NCBI GenBank assembly: GCA_019414505.1
Contig: DXLW01000030.1
Span: forward strand, 42,378 to 106,377
Source: Collinsella sp.
GTDB lineage: Bacteria; Actinomycetota; Coriobacteriia; Coriobacteriales; Coriobacteriaceae
Direction of reading: 5' to 3'
DNA: 64,000 bases
Of this stretch, positions 21,048 to 30,637 are shown piece by piece; positions within the stretch are counted from its first letter, which is position 1; the number at the start of each line of letters is the position of its first letter. A model generated the notes under the pieces. It saw only the letters and a program-made list of their open reading frames with translations, did no database searches and had not been told where the DNA came from. Position numbers and translations under genes: made by a program.

Positions 21048-22709
21048 CTACTCGATCGAGAAGATCACGGGATAGAGCGGCTGCTCGCCACGATGGGCGT
21101 CGATCTCCAAGTCGGGCTGAGCCTCCTCGATAGCGTCGACGATCTCCTGGAAGACCTCATCGGACAGCTCCTCGCCGGCCAGAATCGTCAGCGCGTCACC
21201 CTCCTCTTCCTCCTGCATGCGGTTGATGCAGTCGAGCGTGACCTGCTTCACGTCGGAGCCGACCACGTCGATGGAGCCGGCGATGATACCCATGACGTCA
21301 CCGGAGTGAATCGGAGAGCCGTCAGAGGCGCTGGAATCGCGCACGGCGCGGGTGACCTCGCCATCGCGGACCTCGCTGATGGCGTCGACCATAGCGGCGA
21401 CGGCGTCCTCGAGCTCGGAATCGGGCAGGACCGCGAACAGCGCCGAGAAGGCCTGCGGAACGGTCTTGGTGGGAACGACGGCAACCTTCTTGTCCGTGCA
21501 GGCAGAAGCTGCGGCCTCGGCAGCCATGCGGATGTTGCCGTTATTGGGCAGGATGATGACCGAGGTCGCGTTGACCTGGTCCACCGCACCCAGCAGGTCG
21601 GCGGTCGAGGGGTTCATGGTCTGGCCACCCGACACGATCACGTCGACGCCGAGGGACTTAAGGATGTCGGCCTCGCCGGAACCAGCGGCAACGGCGACAA
21701 AGCCCAGCGCCTTGGCGGGCTCGGCGGCCTTCTCCTGGTCCTCGTGAATCTTGGCGGTACGGTCGTGGGCCTCCATCTCCATGTTGTGGATAAAGACCTC
21801 ATAGATCTGACCGAGCTGCAGCATGTGCTCGAGCACCAGGTTGGGGGTGTTGGAGTGCACATGGATCTTGTAGTCGGGATAGGCGCCCACGAGCAGCTCA
21901 CAGTCGCCCATGGAGCCTAGGAACTTAAGGCACTCGTCCTCGTCAAACGGGGCGTCGGCCTTAAAGAGGAACTCGTTGCAGTAGCGGAACTCCGAGCCCT
22001 CCCAGTCGTCGTTAGCCTCGATCTCAACACGGCCAAGAGCGGCATCGCGGGCAGAGCCGGCGGAGTCAAACGTAGCGGAGAAATCCTCGACCACGGTGCT
22101 GCGACCAAGAGCGGCGGCAACAAAGTTCTCCAGGAAGATGGCAAAGCCAAAGGCGCCGGAGTCGACCACGCCGTTCTCCTTCAGAACGGGCAGCAGGTCG
22201 GGCGTGCGGGCGACGGACTGGTACGCCTCGACGACGATAGCATCGAGCGCATCCTCGGCCGAGAACTTCTTCTTCTCGCACTCATCGGCCTTGGTCGAGA
22301 CATCGCGCAGGACCGTGAGGATCGTGCCCTCGATGGGCTTGCGGACAGCCTGGAAGGCAACCTTGACGGCACGACGGAAGGCGAAGGCAATGTTGGCGGA
22401 CGTAATGGGCTCATCGGCAGAGACAAGGCCCTCGGCCACGCCGCGCAGAATCTGCGAGGTGATGACGCCAGAGTTACCGCGGGCGCCCATAAGGGAGCCG
22501 TGGGTGATGGCGCCTGCGATGGCCTCCATGTCGGCATCGGCAGGAAGAGCGGAGAGCTCCTTGGTCACCGAGGCGAGCGTGAGCGACATATTGGTACCGG
22601 TGTCGCCGTCGGGTACGGGGAAGACGTTGAGCTTGTTGATCTCCTCGGCCTTGTCGGAAACGGCAGCCGCAGCGATCGGAAAACAGGTGCGAATGGTCTT
22701 TGCAATCAT
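21048..22709 (-). CDS. DAK2 domain-containing protein (YloV family)
   Basis: N-terminal Dak2 signature NVFPVPDGDTGTNM plus a DegV-like C-terminal half. It is paired with an upstream Asp23 gene, as in Firmicutes yloU-yloV. Confidence 0.9.
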   Translation of the reverse strand: MIAKTIRTCFPIAAAAVSDKAEEINKLNVFPVPDGDTGTNMSLTLASVTKELSALPADADMEAIAGAITHGSLMGARGNSGVITSQILRGVAEGLVSADEPITSANIAFAFRRAVKVAFQAVRKPIEGTILTVLRDVSTKADECEKKKFSAEDALDAIVVEAYQSVARTPDLLPVLKENGVVDSGAFGFAIFLENFVAAALGRSTVVEDFSATFDSAGSARDAALGRVEIEANDDWEGSEFRYCNEFLFKADAPFDEDECLKFLGSMGDCELLVGAYPDYKIHVHSNTPNLVLEHMLQLGQIYEVFIHNMEMEAHDRTAKIHEDQEKAAEPAKALGFVAVAAGSGEADILKSLGVDVIVSGGQTMNPSTADLLGAVDQVNATSVIILPNNGNIRMAAEAAASACTDKKVAVVPTKTVPQAFSALFAVLPDSELEDAVAAMVDAISEVRDGEVTRAVRDSSASDGSPIHSGDVMGIIAGSIDVVGSDVKQVTLDCINRMQEEEEGDALTILAGEELSDEVFQEIVDAIEEAQPDLEIDAHRGEQPLYPVIFSIE

Positions 22710-22736
22710 GGGTATTTGAATCTCCGTTTTCGGATG

Positions 22737-23093
22737 CTAGTTCAGACGGCTCTTGAGCGCGTCGATATGGATGCCGATCTTAAGGCTGGCGGGATCGATC
22801 TGGGCGATCTCCTGCAGGGTGAAGGCAACGGAGCTCGAAAGATTGTGGCAGACGGACTTCATGTTGACGCCGTTCTCGAGCACGACGTGAAGATCGACCG
22901 TAAGGCCGTTCTCGTCGGCGGAGACAAGCACGCCCTTGCGGAGGCGCTGACCGGCAAGCAGGCGCACGCTCTCGGCGCCCTGGAGCTGCTCAGCCATACC
23001 GACAACGCCATAGCACGTCATCGCGGCATAACCGGCAATATCGGCAATAACGTCGTTCGAGACGCTCAGGCTGCCGTTAATGGTCTCAGACAC
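22737..23093 (-). CDS. Asp23/Gls24-family envelope stress protein
   Basis: GTG 23093 lies 6 nt after an AAGGAG box. VSETINGSLSVSNDVIADIAGYAAMTCYGVVGM matches the Asp23 N-terminal signature. Confidence 0.85.
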   Translation of the reverse strand: MSETINGSLSVSNDVIADIAGYAAMTCYGVVGMAEQLQGAESVRLLAGQRLRKGVLVSADENGLTVDLHVVLENGVNMKSVCHNLSSSVAFTLQEIAQIDPASLKIGIHIDALKSRLN

Positions 23094-23252
23094 AAGAATC
23101 TCCTTTTCTTGGTGCTCGCGGCACCATGTCGTGGGAGCAATCATTGCAATATTCTACAACGACCGCGCCATGTTGAGGTGGCGGGCCTCGGGATTACATC
23201 CTCGACACGAAATGTTGATATGGTAACGTTCGCGAACGGCGATCGCGGCATG

Positions 23253-23282
23253 AAAAAACCCGCCGCATAAGCGACGGGTTTT
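23253..23282 (-). terminator. Intrinsic terminator downstream of the tRNA-Asn pair
   Basis: Minus strand reads aaaacccg-tcgcttatgcgg-cgggtttt followed by ttc. It could act in both directions. Confidence 0.65.
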
Positions 23283-23288
23283 ACAACC

Positions 23289-23363
23289 TGGCTCCCCGGG
23301 TAGGACTCGAACCTACAACAGCGCGGTTAACAGCCGCGTGCTCTACCATTGAGCTACCGAGGA
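23289..23363 (-). tRNA. tRNA-Asn (anticodon GTT), CCA encoded
   Basis: Hand-folded cloverleaf: acceptor TCCTCGG/CCGGGGA, D arm GCTC-AATGGTA-GAGC, anticodon stem CGCGG/CCGCG with loop CTGTTAA, T arm GTAGG-TTCGAGT-CCTAC, discriminator G, CCA. Confidence 0.92.
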
Positions 23364-23397
23364 ATTTAAAAGCCCAACGGAAAGGGCTGGAAAATTC

Positions 23398-23472
23398 TGG
23401 CTCCCCGGGTAGGACTCGAACCTACAACAGCGCGGTTAACAGCCGCGTGCTCTACCATTGAGCTACCGAGGA
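23398..23472 (-). tRNA. tRNA-Asn (anticodon GTT), second identical copy
   Basis: Identical 75-nt sequence, 109 nt upstream of copy 1 on the same strand. Confidence 0.92.
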
Positions 23473-23564
23473 ATAGGTGTGCGCTCTCAAGCAACGAAGT
23501 TTATTATACGGACGAATCAGCTCAGGGCAAGAACTTTTTTAAGAATTTTTCCGACCTAGTCATT

Positions 23565-23616
23565 GTCGTTGGGGACGTTCTTAAACGACTAGTCATTCAA
23601 GAACGTCCCCAACGAC
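23565..23616. repeat. Orphan REP-like palindrome sharing the TTGGGGACGTTC core with the RAYT ends
   Basis: 18-bp perfect stem gtcgttggggacgttctt / aagaacgtccccaacgac with a 16-nt loop. It lies about 50 nt downstream of the rpoD stop and may also act as the rpoD terminator hairpin. Confidence 0.6.
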
Positions 23617-23666
23617 TACATGAAAGCACCCCCAAGCGGATGTGCTTGAGGGCGCCTCTTGCTTGA

Positions 23667-25031
23667 CTAGCTTTCGATATAGTCCTTGAGCTTGCTGCTG
23701 CGGCTCGGGTGGCGAAGCTTGGCCAGGGTCTTGGACTCGATCTGGCGGATACGCTCGCGCGTGACGCCAAACTCGCGGCCAACTTCCTCGAGCGTACGGG
23801 GATGTCCGTCGACGAGACCAAAGCGCAGCTCGATAACCTTGCGCTCGCGATCGGCAAGCGAATCGAGCACCTGGGTGAGCTGCTCCTGCAGCATGGAGAA
23901 ACTGGCGGCATCGGGCGGAACGATAGCCTGGGAGTCCTCGATGAAGTCGCCCAGCTGGGAATCCTCTTCCTCACCGATCGGGGTCTCGAGCGACACAGGC
24001 TCCTGCGAAATCTTCTGGATCTCGCGGACGCGGTCGGCGCTCATGTCCATCTCAGCACCGATCTCCTCAGGGGTCGGGTCGCGACCCAGATCCTGGAGGA
24101 GCTGGCGTTGCACGCGGACGAGCTTGTTGATGGTCTCGACCATGTGCACGGGAATACGGATGGTACGGGCCTGGTCGGCAATAGCGCGCGTAATGGCCTG
24201 ACGGATCCACCACGTGGCGTACGTGGAGAACTTAAAGCCCTTCTGGTAGTCGAACTTCTCGACGGCGCGGATCAGACCGAGGTTGCCCTCCTGGATCAGA
24301 TCAAGGAACAGCATGCCACGGCCGACATAGCGCTTGGCGATGGAGACGACCAGACGCAGGTTTGCGCTGATGAGCGCCTGCTTGGCCTCAAGACCAACAT
24401 TCTCAATACGCGTAAGTCGACGCATCTCGGAGCGTGTGAGTTCAATCTCGCCTGCATCGGCAGCCTCGAGCTTCTCGGTGGCCTCAAGACCGGCCTCGAT
24501 CTTCATGGCCAGATCGACCTCTTCGGAGGCGGTCAGCAGGTCGACCTTGCCAATCTCCTTGAGGTACATACGGACTGGGTCGCCGGTCAACATCACCGTG
24601 GAGGCATCGATGCCGCGCACGCGCGAACGCGAACGGGACGTGCGCACGGTGCGCTTCTTCTTGCTCTTGGAAGAACCCATCTCGGCGTCGGCCTGGCGGG
24701 CCATCTTGAGCTCGTGATCGTCGAGCGAGCCGGAATCGTGCTCGTCGTCGTCATCGAAATCGTCGGTATCAGAATCGGTATTGTCATCGTCGACGTCCAT
24801 GGGGGCGTCGTCGTTACCGCTCGCGGAGATAATCTGGATGCCGCTGTTGCGCAGCGCGGAATACACCGCGGTGAGCTGCTCGTCAGAAACATCGATATCC
24901 TTCAGGGCGACCTGAATCTCGTCCTCGGTTACCGAAGTCCTGTTTGAGCCGTTGCCCATGAGCTTTGCAACGTAGGATTCCAGCCCAGTACCCGTGCTCT
25001 CAGTCTTTTTTGGCACAGATTCTCCCTTCAT
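23667..25031 (-). CDS. rpoD: RNA polymerase primary sigma factor (sigma-70/RpoD)
   Basis: Acidic N-terminal region. Region 2 reads [37 protein letters not shown]. Regions 3 and 4.2 ([20 protein letters not shown]) are present. Confidence 0.96.
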   Translation of the reverse strand: MKGESVPKKTESTGTGLESYVAKLMGNGSNRTSVTEDEIQVALKDIDVSDEQLTAVYSALRNSGIQIISASGNDDAPMDVDDDNTDSDTDDFDDDDEHDSGSLDDHELKMARQADAEMGSSKSKKKRTVRTSRSRSRVRGIDASTVMLTGDPVRMYLKEIGKVDLLTASEEVDLAMKIEAGLEATEKLEAADAGEIELTRSEMRRLTRIENVGLEAKQALISANLRLVVSIAKRYVGRGMLFLDLIQEGNLGLIRAVEKFDYQKGFKFSTYATWWIRQAITRAIADQARTIRIPVHMVETINKLVRVQRQLLQDLGRDPTPEEIGAEMDMSADRVREIQKISQEPVSLETPIGEEEDSQLGDFIEDSQAIVPPDAASFSMLQEQLTQVLDSLADRERKVIELRFGLVDGHPRTLEEVGREFGVTRERIRQIESKTLAKLRHPSRSSKLKDYIES

Positions 25032-25126
25032 AGTCCACAGGACTCAATACTTTAGCACACACAATGACGTCTATACCCAAAAAGAGGACTGGATATAGGC
25101 GAGAATACGCTGGTTGACCACAACAT

Positions 25127-27235
25127 CTAGGCTTGTTCGGTGCCTGCGGCCTCCAGGCCGATCAAACGGAACGGATCCGCCACGCCGCCGATCGACTTTT
25201 GCAGTTCGCGTTGACGCTGCGAATCCTGCGCGGCCTGCACGGTCAGCGCGCGACGGGCCTCATCATCGAGCGAACGGTCCTGGCGCAGCTTGGCCTGTGC
25301 GGCACGCATGCGGCGCTTGATGGTGTAGAGCTCGAGCGTATCGAGCATAAACACGATGTTCGTCTCGGTGGGGTGCTTGCTCGTCGCCGAGATGCGCCCG
25401 GCACTCACAAGCGTTGCCGCCTCGGGACACACCGAGCGCGCCGCATCCATGCAGGCTGCAGGATCGGTTCCCGGCGGCGTTGCCAGAACGGCCCACGCGA
25501 TGGACTCGTGACGTGGGTCAACCCACTCGATGGAGCAGATGCGGTCGGCATATGTGCGGAACAGGTCGGGGTAGCTCGTGAGCATCGTCAACAGCTCGCG
25601 CTCCCCTGCCAAGGACTTGCGTTCAAGATCGGTAAGAACCATCGGCGCCGCCGCAGCCGGTGCGCCCGAACCGTCAGCCACAGGCACAGCGCCCATACCA
25701 TCAGGCACATCGATCGGCGGCAGGTCGTCGACGACCTCCACGGGCGCGGCGCCGTAGGCATCAAGCGGGACGTAGTCGTACGGCTCTTCTTCGACCGGCG
25801 TCGCTACTGCCGGCGTCGCGCCCGATGCCCAAGCGCCGCGACCGGCATCGCGAGAACCCGACGCCCGACCGCCCGCGCTACCGGACCGCTCAGCCTGTGC
25901 CCGCTGGCGCTCATAGTTCTGCTCACGACGTCGTTCAGCATCCTCGCGCTTGGCGACATCGCGAAACACACGGCCCGAGCTCGCGCGCACGGTCTCCAGG
26001 TCCAAACCAAGCAGGTCGGCAATCTGGATAAAGTACGTGTCGATCATATAGCTATCGCGCAGCGGATAGATAAGCGTCAGCGCATCTTCCAGCGCCTTGG
26101 CGCGACCGCCCGGCGTGCTAATATCGCTCGACTCCTGCAGCGAACGGTACACAAAGTCCATAAGCGGCTCGGCCGCGTCGATGCGCGCCTGCAGCTCCTG
26201 GCCGCCGTGCGCCGAAATAAACTCCATAGGGTCGTTGCCGTCGGGCAGCACCACGCAGCGCAGGTCCATAGAATCCTGCTCGATAAACTGAATCGCACGG
26301 CGAGCGGCCTTTTGGCCGGCGGCGTCACCATCGAACATGTACACGATGCGCTTGGCAAAGCGGGTGAGCGTCTTGACATGATGCTCCGTGAGCGCGGTGC
26401 CCAGCGTGGCGACAACGTTTTTAATCCCCGCCTCCCAGCAGGCGATGCAATCGGTATAGCCCTCCACCACAATGGCGGTATCCTGCGCGACGATAAACTC
26501 CTTGGCCCAATTAAAACCGTAGAGGTTTCGCTTTTTATGGAACACGCTCGTCTCGGCGGTGTTGAGATACTTAGGCTGACCGTCGCCCATAATGCGACCG
26601 CCAAAGGCAATGTTGTGACCCTGCTCGTCAAAGATGGGGAACATCACGCGGTCGTAAAAGCGGTCGGCAAGCTGCCCGCGCCCGCGGCTCACGGCAACGT
26701 TGGCGTCGATCATCTCCTGCGGGGTAAAGCCCGCCTGCGACAGGTGCGACACCAGTGCGTTACGGCCCGGTGCAAAGCCCAGGCAGTAGCGGCGGCAGAC
26801 GTCGCCACCCATGCCGCGGCTGGCAAAGTACTCGCGCGGACGGCCGTCCTTACCGCGCATGAGCATGGTGTGGTAGAACTGGGCGGTCTCGGCGCACAGA
26901 TCGTAGATGCGGGCACGCTTGGTACCGCGCTCGCGGCGATCTCCAGTGTCATGCAGCTCAATACCCGCGCGATCGGCCAAATAACGGATTGACTCGGGAA
27001 AGCTCAGGTTCTCGCGCTTCATGATATAGGTGAAGACGTCGCCACCCTCGCCGCAGCCAAAGCAATGCCACACCTGCGTGGCGGGAATAATGTGGAAGGA
27101 CGGCGTCTTTTCGCCATGAAAGGGGCAGCAGCCCCAAAACTCATGGCCGCGAGGCTTGAGCTCAACCGTTTCCTGCACGATGGCGACTAGGTCGGACGCA
27201 GCGCGTACCTGGTCTTTCTCCTCATCGCTAATCAC
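25127..27235 (-). CDS. dnaG: DNA primase DnaG
   Basis: Zinc finger CPFHGEKTPSFHI...CFGCG, TOPRIM EGYTDC, a low-complexity linker and a C-terminal helicase-interaction region. Confidence 0.95.
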   Translation of the reverse strand: MISDEEKDQVRAASDLVAIVQETVELKPRGHEFWGCCPFHGEKTPSFHIIPATQVWHCFGCGEGGDVFTYIMKRENLSFPESIRYLADRAGIELHDTGDRRERGTKRARIYDLCAETAQFYHTMLMRGKDGRPREYFASRGMGGDVCRRYCLGFAPGRNALVSHLSQAGFTPQEMIDANVAVSRGRGQLADRFYDRVMFPIFDEQGHNIAFGGRIMGDGQPKYLNTAETSVFHKKRNLYGFNWAKEFIVAQDTAIVVEGYTDCIACWEAGIKNVVATLGTALTEHHVKTLTRFAKRIVYMFDGDAAGQKAARRAIQFIEQDSMDLRCVVLPDGNDPMEFISAHGGQELQARIDAAEPLMDFVYRSLQESSDISTPGGRAKALEDALTLIYPLRDSYMIDTYFIQIADLLGLDLETVRASSGRVFRDVAKREDAERRREQNYERQRAQAERSGSAGGRASGSRDAGRGAWASGATPAVATPVEEEPYDYVPLDAYGAAPVEVVDDLPPIDVPDGMGAVPVADGSGAPAAAAPMVLTDLERKSLAGERELLTMLTSYPDLFRTYADRICSIEWVDPRHESIAWAVLATPPGTDPAACMDAARSVCPEAATLVSAGRISATSKHPTETNIVFMLDTLELYTIKRRMRAAQAKLRQDRSLDDEARRALTVQAAQDSQRQRELQKSIGGVADPFRLIGLEAAGTEQA

Positions 27236-28235
27236 GGATGCTCACCCCCTGCTCGCCCAAGTTGCGACGAATGTCCTCGATATTACCCTCGACGGTCGCG
27301 ATCAACTCATCCAGCGAATCGAACACGCGCGAGGGACGCAGCCAGCGTGTAAACGCCAGCGAAACGGAAGCGCCGTACAGGTCGCCCGTATAACCAATTA
27401 AGTTAGCCTCGAGATGCGCAGATGCCGCATCGTCAGCATACGTTGGCGGCAGGCCGACGTTCACGGCAGCGGGCCACGCGGTGTCATCGACCAGCACCAG
27501 ACCCTCATACACGCCATCGGCTGGCACCTGAATGCCGTCGGGAACCTGCAAGTTTGCCGTGGGAAAGCCCATACCAGAACCCTCGTGACGGCCACGAATA
27601 ACACCGCCACGCACCATATACGGACGGCCGAGCAACTCAGCAGCCAGCTCCACATGGCCCTGTCCCAACTCATGACGAATGCGGGTGGCGCAAATGGCCT
27701 CACCGCCCTCGCAAAGCAGGTCGTGACCATACACGTCAACGCCGTGCTCGGAACCCCAGGCGCGCATCTCGGCAACACCAGAAGCACCGCCACGACCCAG
27801 CCTAAAGTCGCTGCCAACGCGAATCGATCGAATGTCGACCAGACGCGACACCAGCGAGAGAAAACCAACATGGTTAAGTGCCGCAACCTCAGGCGTAAAG
27901 GGAACGGCCACCACCGCATCGACCCCGGTTTGAGCCAGGGCATGCAGACGGTCGGCCGTCGTCATCAATTTTTGAGCGGGCGAAGGGCTCACCACAACGT
28001 CCGGGTCGGGATCGAAGGTAACCACGACCGCCTTACAGCCATGGACACGGGCATCACGGACAAGCGCTTCGATGAGTTCCTGGTGTCCACGGTGAACGCC
28101 GTCGAACACGCCGATGGCAATCGATGCGGCACCCAAGTGCTCACACTCATCAAACGTATCGGCAGCAACGATGCGAGCCTCGTCCGACTCACCCGCGAAA
28201 AAGACACGCGCGAGCTCGCGAGCGGACAACATCAT
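27228..28235 (-). CDS. ribF: Bifunctional riboflavin kinase / FMN adenylyltransferase
   Basis: 335 aa. FAD-synthetase N-terminal half (GVFDGVHRGHQ) and riboflavin-kinase C-terminal half (GFPTAN...E.hl). Confidence 0.93.
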   Translation of the reverse strand: MMLSARELARVFFAGESDEARIVAADTFDECEHLGAASIAIGVFDGVHRGHQELIEALVRDARVHGCKAVVVTFDPDPDVVVSPSPAQKLMTTADRLHALAQTGVDAVVAVPFTPEVAALNHVGFLSLVSRLVDIRSIRVGSDFRLGRGGASGVAEMRAWGSEHGVDVYGHDLLCEGGEAICATRIRHELGQGHVELAAELLGRPYMVRGGVIRGRHEGSGMGFPTANLQVPDGIQVPADGVYEGLVLVDDTAWPAAVNVGLPPTYADDAASAHLEANLIGYTGDLYGASVSLAFTRWLRPSRVFDSLDELIATVEGNIEDIRRNLGEQGVSIRD

Positions 28236-29164
28236 CGAACACCGCCGATTGCCTGCGGAAACACGTGCTCCATGACAAAGCGGCCACCCTCAATGCGGGC
28301 GAGCGCCTTGAGTCCCCCATCGAGCACCAGCGCAAACGGCGCCTTCGAGGCATCGAAATCGGCAAGCGCACGCTCAACGGGAATGCGTCGGCCGCAGAGA
28401 AGGTCGTCGGCAAGATTGCCCGGCAAGTCAACACGCGTGGCGCCCAGGGCCACAATGGGATCCAGGGCAAAGCCAGCGGCGGACTCGGGAGAAAGCTCCT
28501 CCACCGCATGACAGGCACCAATGGAAACCACACCGGAGGCCGTACGGCGCAGCGCGGAAATATGCGCAGCACTATCACAGGCACGACCCAGATCGCGAGC
28601 GAGCGCACGAATGTAGGTGCCCTTGCTTACCGAAAACGTCACGGTCCAGACGCACGTATCGCCCTCGCCGCCCACGGCAATCAGGTCGGCGGCATAGATC
28701 TCGACGGGACGCGGGGGCAACTCAACCGCATTGCCCTCGCGAGCACTCTTATAGGCGCGAACGCCATTGACCGAGATGGCCGAAAACGCTGGCGGCACCT
28801 GCATCTGCGGGCCAAGCATAGCGGCTAGCTGCTCACGGGCGTAAGCGAGATCGTGCAGCTCGGGGGCAACGGGCACCGTGCGAACGGCCTCGCCCTCCGC
28901 GTCATCGGTATTCGTCTCGACACCAAACGAAATGTCGGCGACATAACTTTTGGTATCGAGGGTTAGCATGCCCAGCAGACGGGTCGCCTGGCCCACGCCC
29001 ACCACCATGACACCCGAGGCCATGGGGTCGAGCGTACCGGCATGGCCGATGCGTCGCTCATGGAGGGCGCGTCGGCACTGCGATACCACGTCGTGGGACG
29101 TGCAGCCCACCGGCTTATCGACAGCGAGCAGCAAATTCAGTTGAGAAGGCGTACGACGAGCCAT
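28232..29164 (-). CDS. truB: tRNA pseudouridine(55) synthase TruB
   Basis: Catalytic motif HAGTLDPMASGV and N-terminus LLAVDKPVGCTSHDVV. Confidence 0.95.
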   Translation of the reverse strand: MARRTPSQLNLLLAVDKPVGCTSHDVVSQCRRALHERRIGHAGTLDPMASGVMVVGVGQATRLLGMLTLDTKSYVADISFGVETNTDDAEGEAVRTVPVAPELHDLAYAREQLAAMLGPQMQVPPAFSAISVNGVRAYKSAREGNAVELPPRPVEIYAADLIAVGGEGDTCVWTVTFSVSKGTYIRALARDLGRACDSAAHISALRRTASGVVSIGACHAVEELSPESAAGFALDPIVALGATRVDLPGNLADDLLCGRRIPVERALADFDASKAPFALVLDGGLKALARIEGGRFVMEHVFPQAIGGVR

Positions 29165-29179
29165 GTACCATCCAAAAAG

Positions 29180-30223
29180 TTAAAGCTCGACGGTCACCGA
29201 AGCGGGATCCTCCCCTACCAGTTCGGCCAGCATAGGAAGTGCCACGGTGAGCGTCTCGAGAATCGTTCCGTTGTTGGAGAAACCGGCGGCAGCGGGATGT
29301 CCGCCTCCGCCAAAAGCAGCAGCGATCTCGGACACGTTGAGGTCGCCCTTGGAGCGCAGGTTGCCGCGCACCTTGGTATCGCCCTCGATGCCCTTCAGGA
29401 ACAGGCAGACCTCCACACCCATCACCGAGCGCACCACATCGACCAGTCCGTCGCACTCATCCGAGGTGACACCGCAGGCCTCAAGGTCACTCTGGTACGC
29501 GTAGCTATACGCGACGCGCCCGTGGGCCACCGTCTTAATGCGGCCCATAACAATAGACTTGAGGTGCAAAAACTCAACGCGCATGCTCTGATAGACCTCG
29601 AGTGCAACGCGCGCCGGATCGGCACCGTGGGCAACCAGACGCGAGGCCGCATGGAACGCGGCGGCATCGGCGTTTTGGTACTGAAAACGGCCGGTATCGG
29701 TAACCAAGCCGCACAGCAGGCAGGTCGCAACGCCATCACGTGCGACAATGCCACAATTGTCCAAGAAGCGGTCGATGATCATGGCGCAGGCTGCAGCTTC
29801 GACGCGCCTCAGGCTGAGCTCGGCAAACTCCTCGCGCGCCGGATGGTGATCGAAGCACACCACATGCTTGGAGCGACGAAGCACCTCAGCGGAATTATTG
29901 AGACGCTCGACGACCGGCACGTCCACCGAGATGAACAGGTCCGGATTGCCGGTGTACGCAGATGCCGGCACCAGGCGATCGGAGCCTTCCATAAAGCGGT
30001 AGATACGCGGAACCGGGTCATCGTCTGCCAGCAGCAGCGCAATGTCCTTGTTGGGGAAAAACTTCATGAGCGAAAGGCCCAGACCCAATACGGAGCCCAG
30101 GGCATCGCCATCGGGAGAAGTATGTCCCGAAATCGCAATGGAGGACGCACCCTCGATGAGCTCGAGGATGCGTCGCTGAATATCTGCAGACTCGCACGAG
30201 GCGAGGTCGGCGGAATTAGTCAT
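29180..30223 (-). CDS. nrnA: DHH/DHHA1 phosphoesterase (NrnA-type oligoribonuclease / pAp phosphatase)
   Basis: DHH motifs GHTSPDGDALGS and CFDHHP, plus DHHA1 GGGHPAAAG. Confidence 0.88.
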   Translation of the reverse strand: MTNSADLASCESADIQRRILELIEGASSIAISGHTSPDGDALGSVLGLGLSLMKFFPNKDIALLLADDDPVPRIYRFMEGSDRLVPASAYTGNPDLFISVDVPVVERLNNSAEVLRRSKHVVCFDHHPAREEFAELSLRRVEAAACAMIIDRFLDNCGIVARDGVATCLLCGLVTDTGRFQYQNADAAAFHAASRLVAHGADPARVALEVYQSMRVEFLHLKSIVMGRIKTVAHGRVAYSYAYQSDLEACGVTSDECDGLVDVVRSVMGVEVCLFLKGIEGDTKVRGNLRSKGDLNVSEIAAAFGGGGHPAAAGFSNNGTILETLTVALPMLAELVGEDPASVTVEL

Positions 30224-30626
30224 CTAAAGCTGCCTCCTGGGCGGCATCCGCTATCGGATAGCCGTCCTCGTCCTTTTCGATCGCAAGCGTGGCAGGAACG
30301 TTTTCCAGCGCACGCGTGATGCGCTCGGCCTCATCGGTCGAGCGATCGATGCGAAAATCGAGCTCGGGCGTGACACGCCAATCGAGCGAGCGAGCCAACA
30401 GGCTGCGAATACGGCCCTTGGCGCTTGCGAGCGCCTCCATGACCTCGTCGTAGCGGCTCGCATCGCACGACACGTACACACGCGCGAACGAACGGTCCAC
30501 CGCGACCTCGACCGCGGTCAAAGTAACCAGGTCGAGACGCGGATCGGAAACCTCAAAGAGCAGGATATAACCAAGCTTCTCGCGAAGCTGCTCGCCCAGA
30601 CGGCGGGTTGCCTGCGTTTGCTTCAT
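30216..30626 (-). CDS. rbfA: Ribosome-binding factor A
   Basis: 136 aa. RLGEQLREKLGYILLFEVSDPRL and a KH-like fold signature. It sits in the canonical position after infB. Confidence 0.92.
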   Translation of the reverse strand: MKQTQATRRLGEQLREKLGYILLFEVSDPRLDLVTLTAVEVAVDRSFARVYVSCDASRYDEVMEALASAKGRIRSLLARSLDWRVTPELDFRIDRSTDEAERITRALENVPATLAIEKDEDGYPIADAAQEAALDD

Positions 30627-30637
30627 AGCGCTACCCC

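Noticed and set aside
25133-26992. 619-aa plus-strand ORF
   Set aside because: Antisense shadow of dnaG. It has R/H/G/A-rich composition and no recognisable domain.
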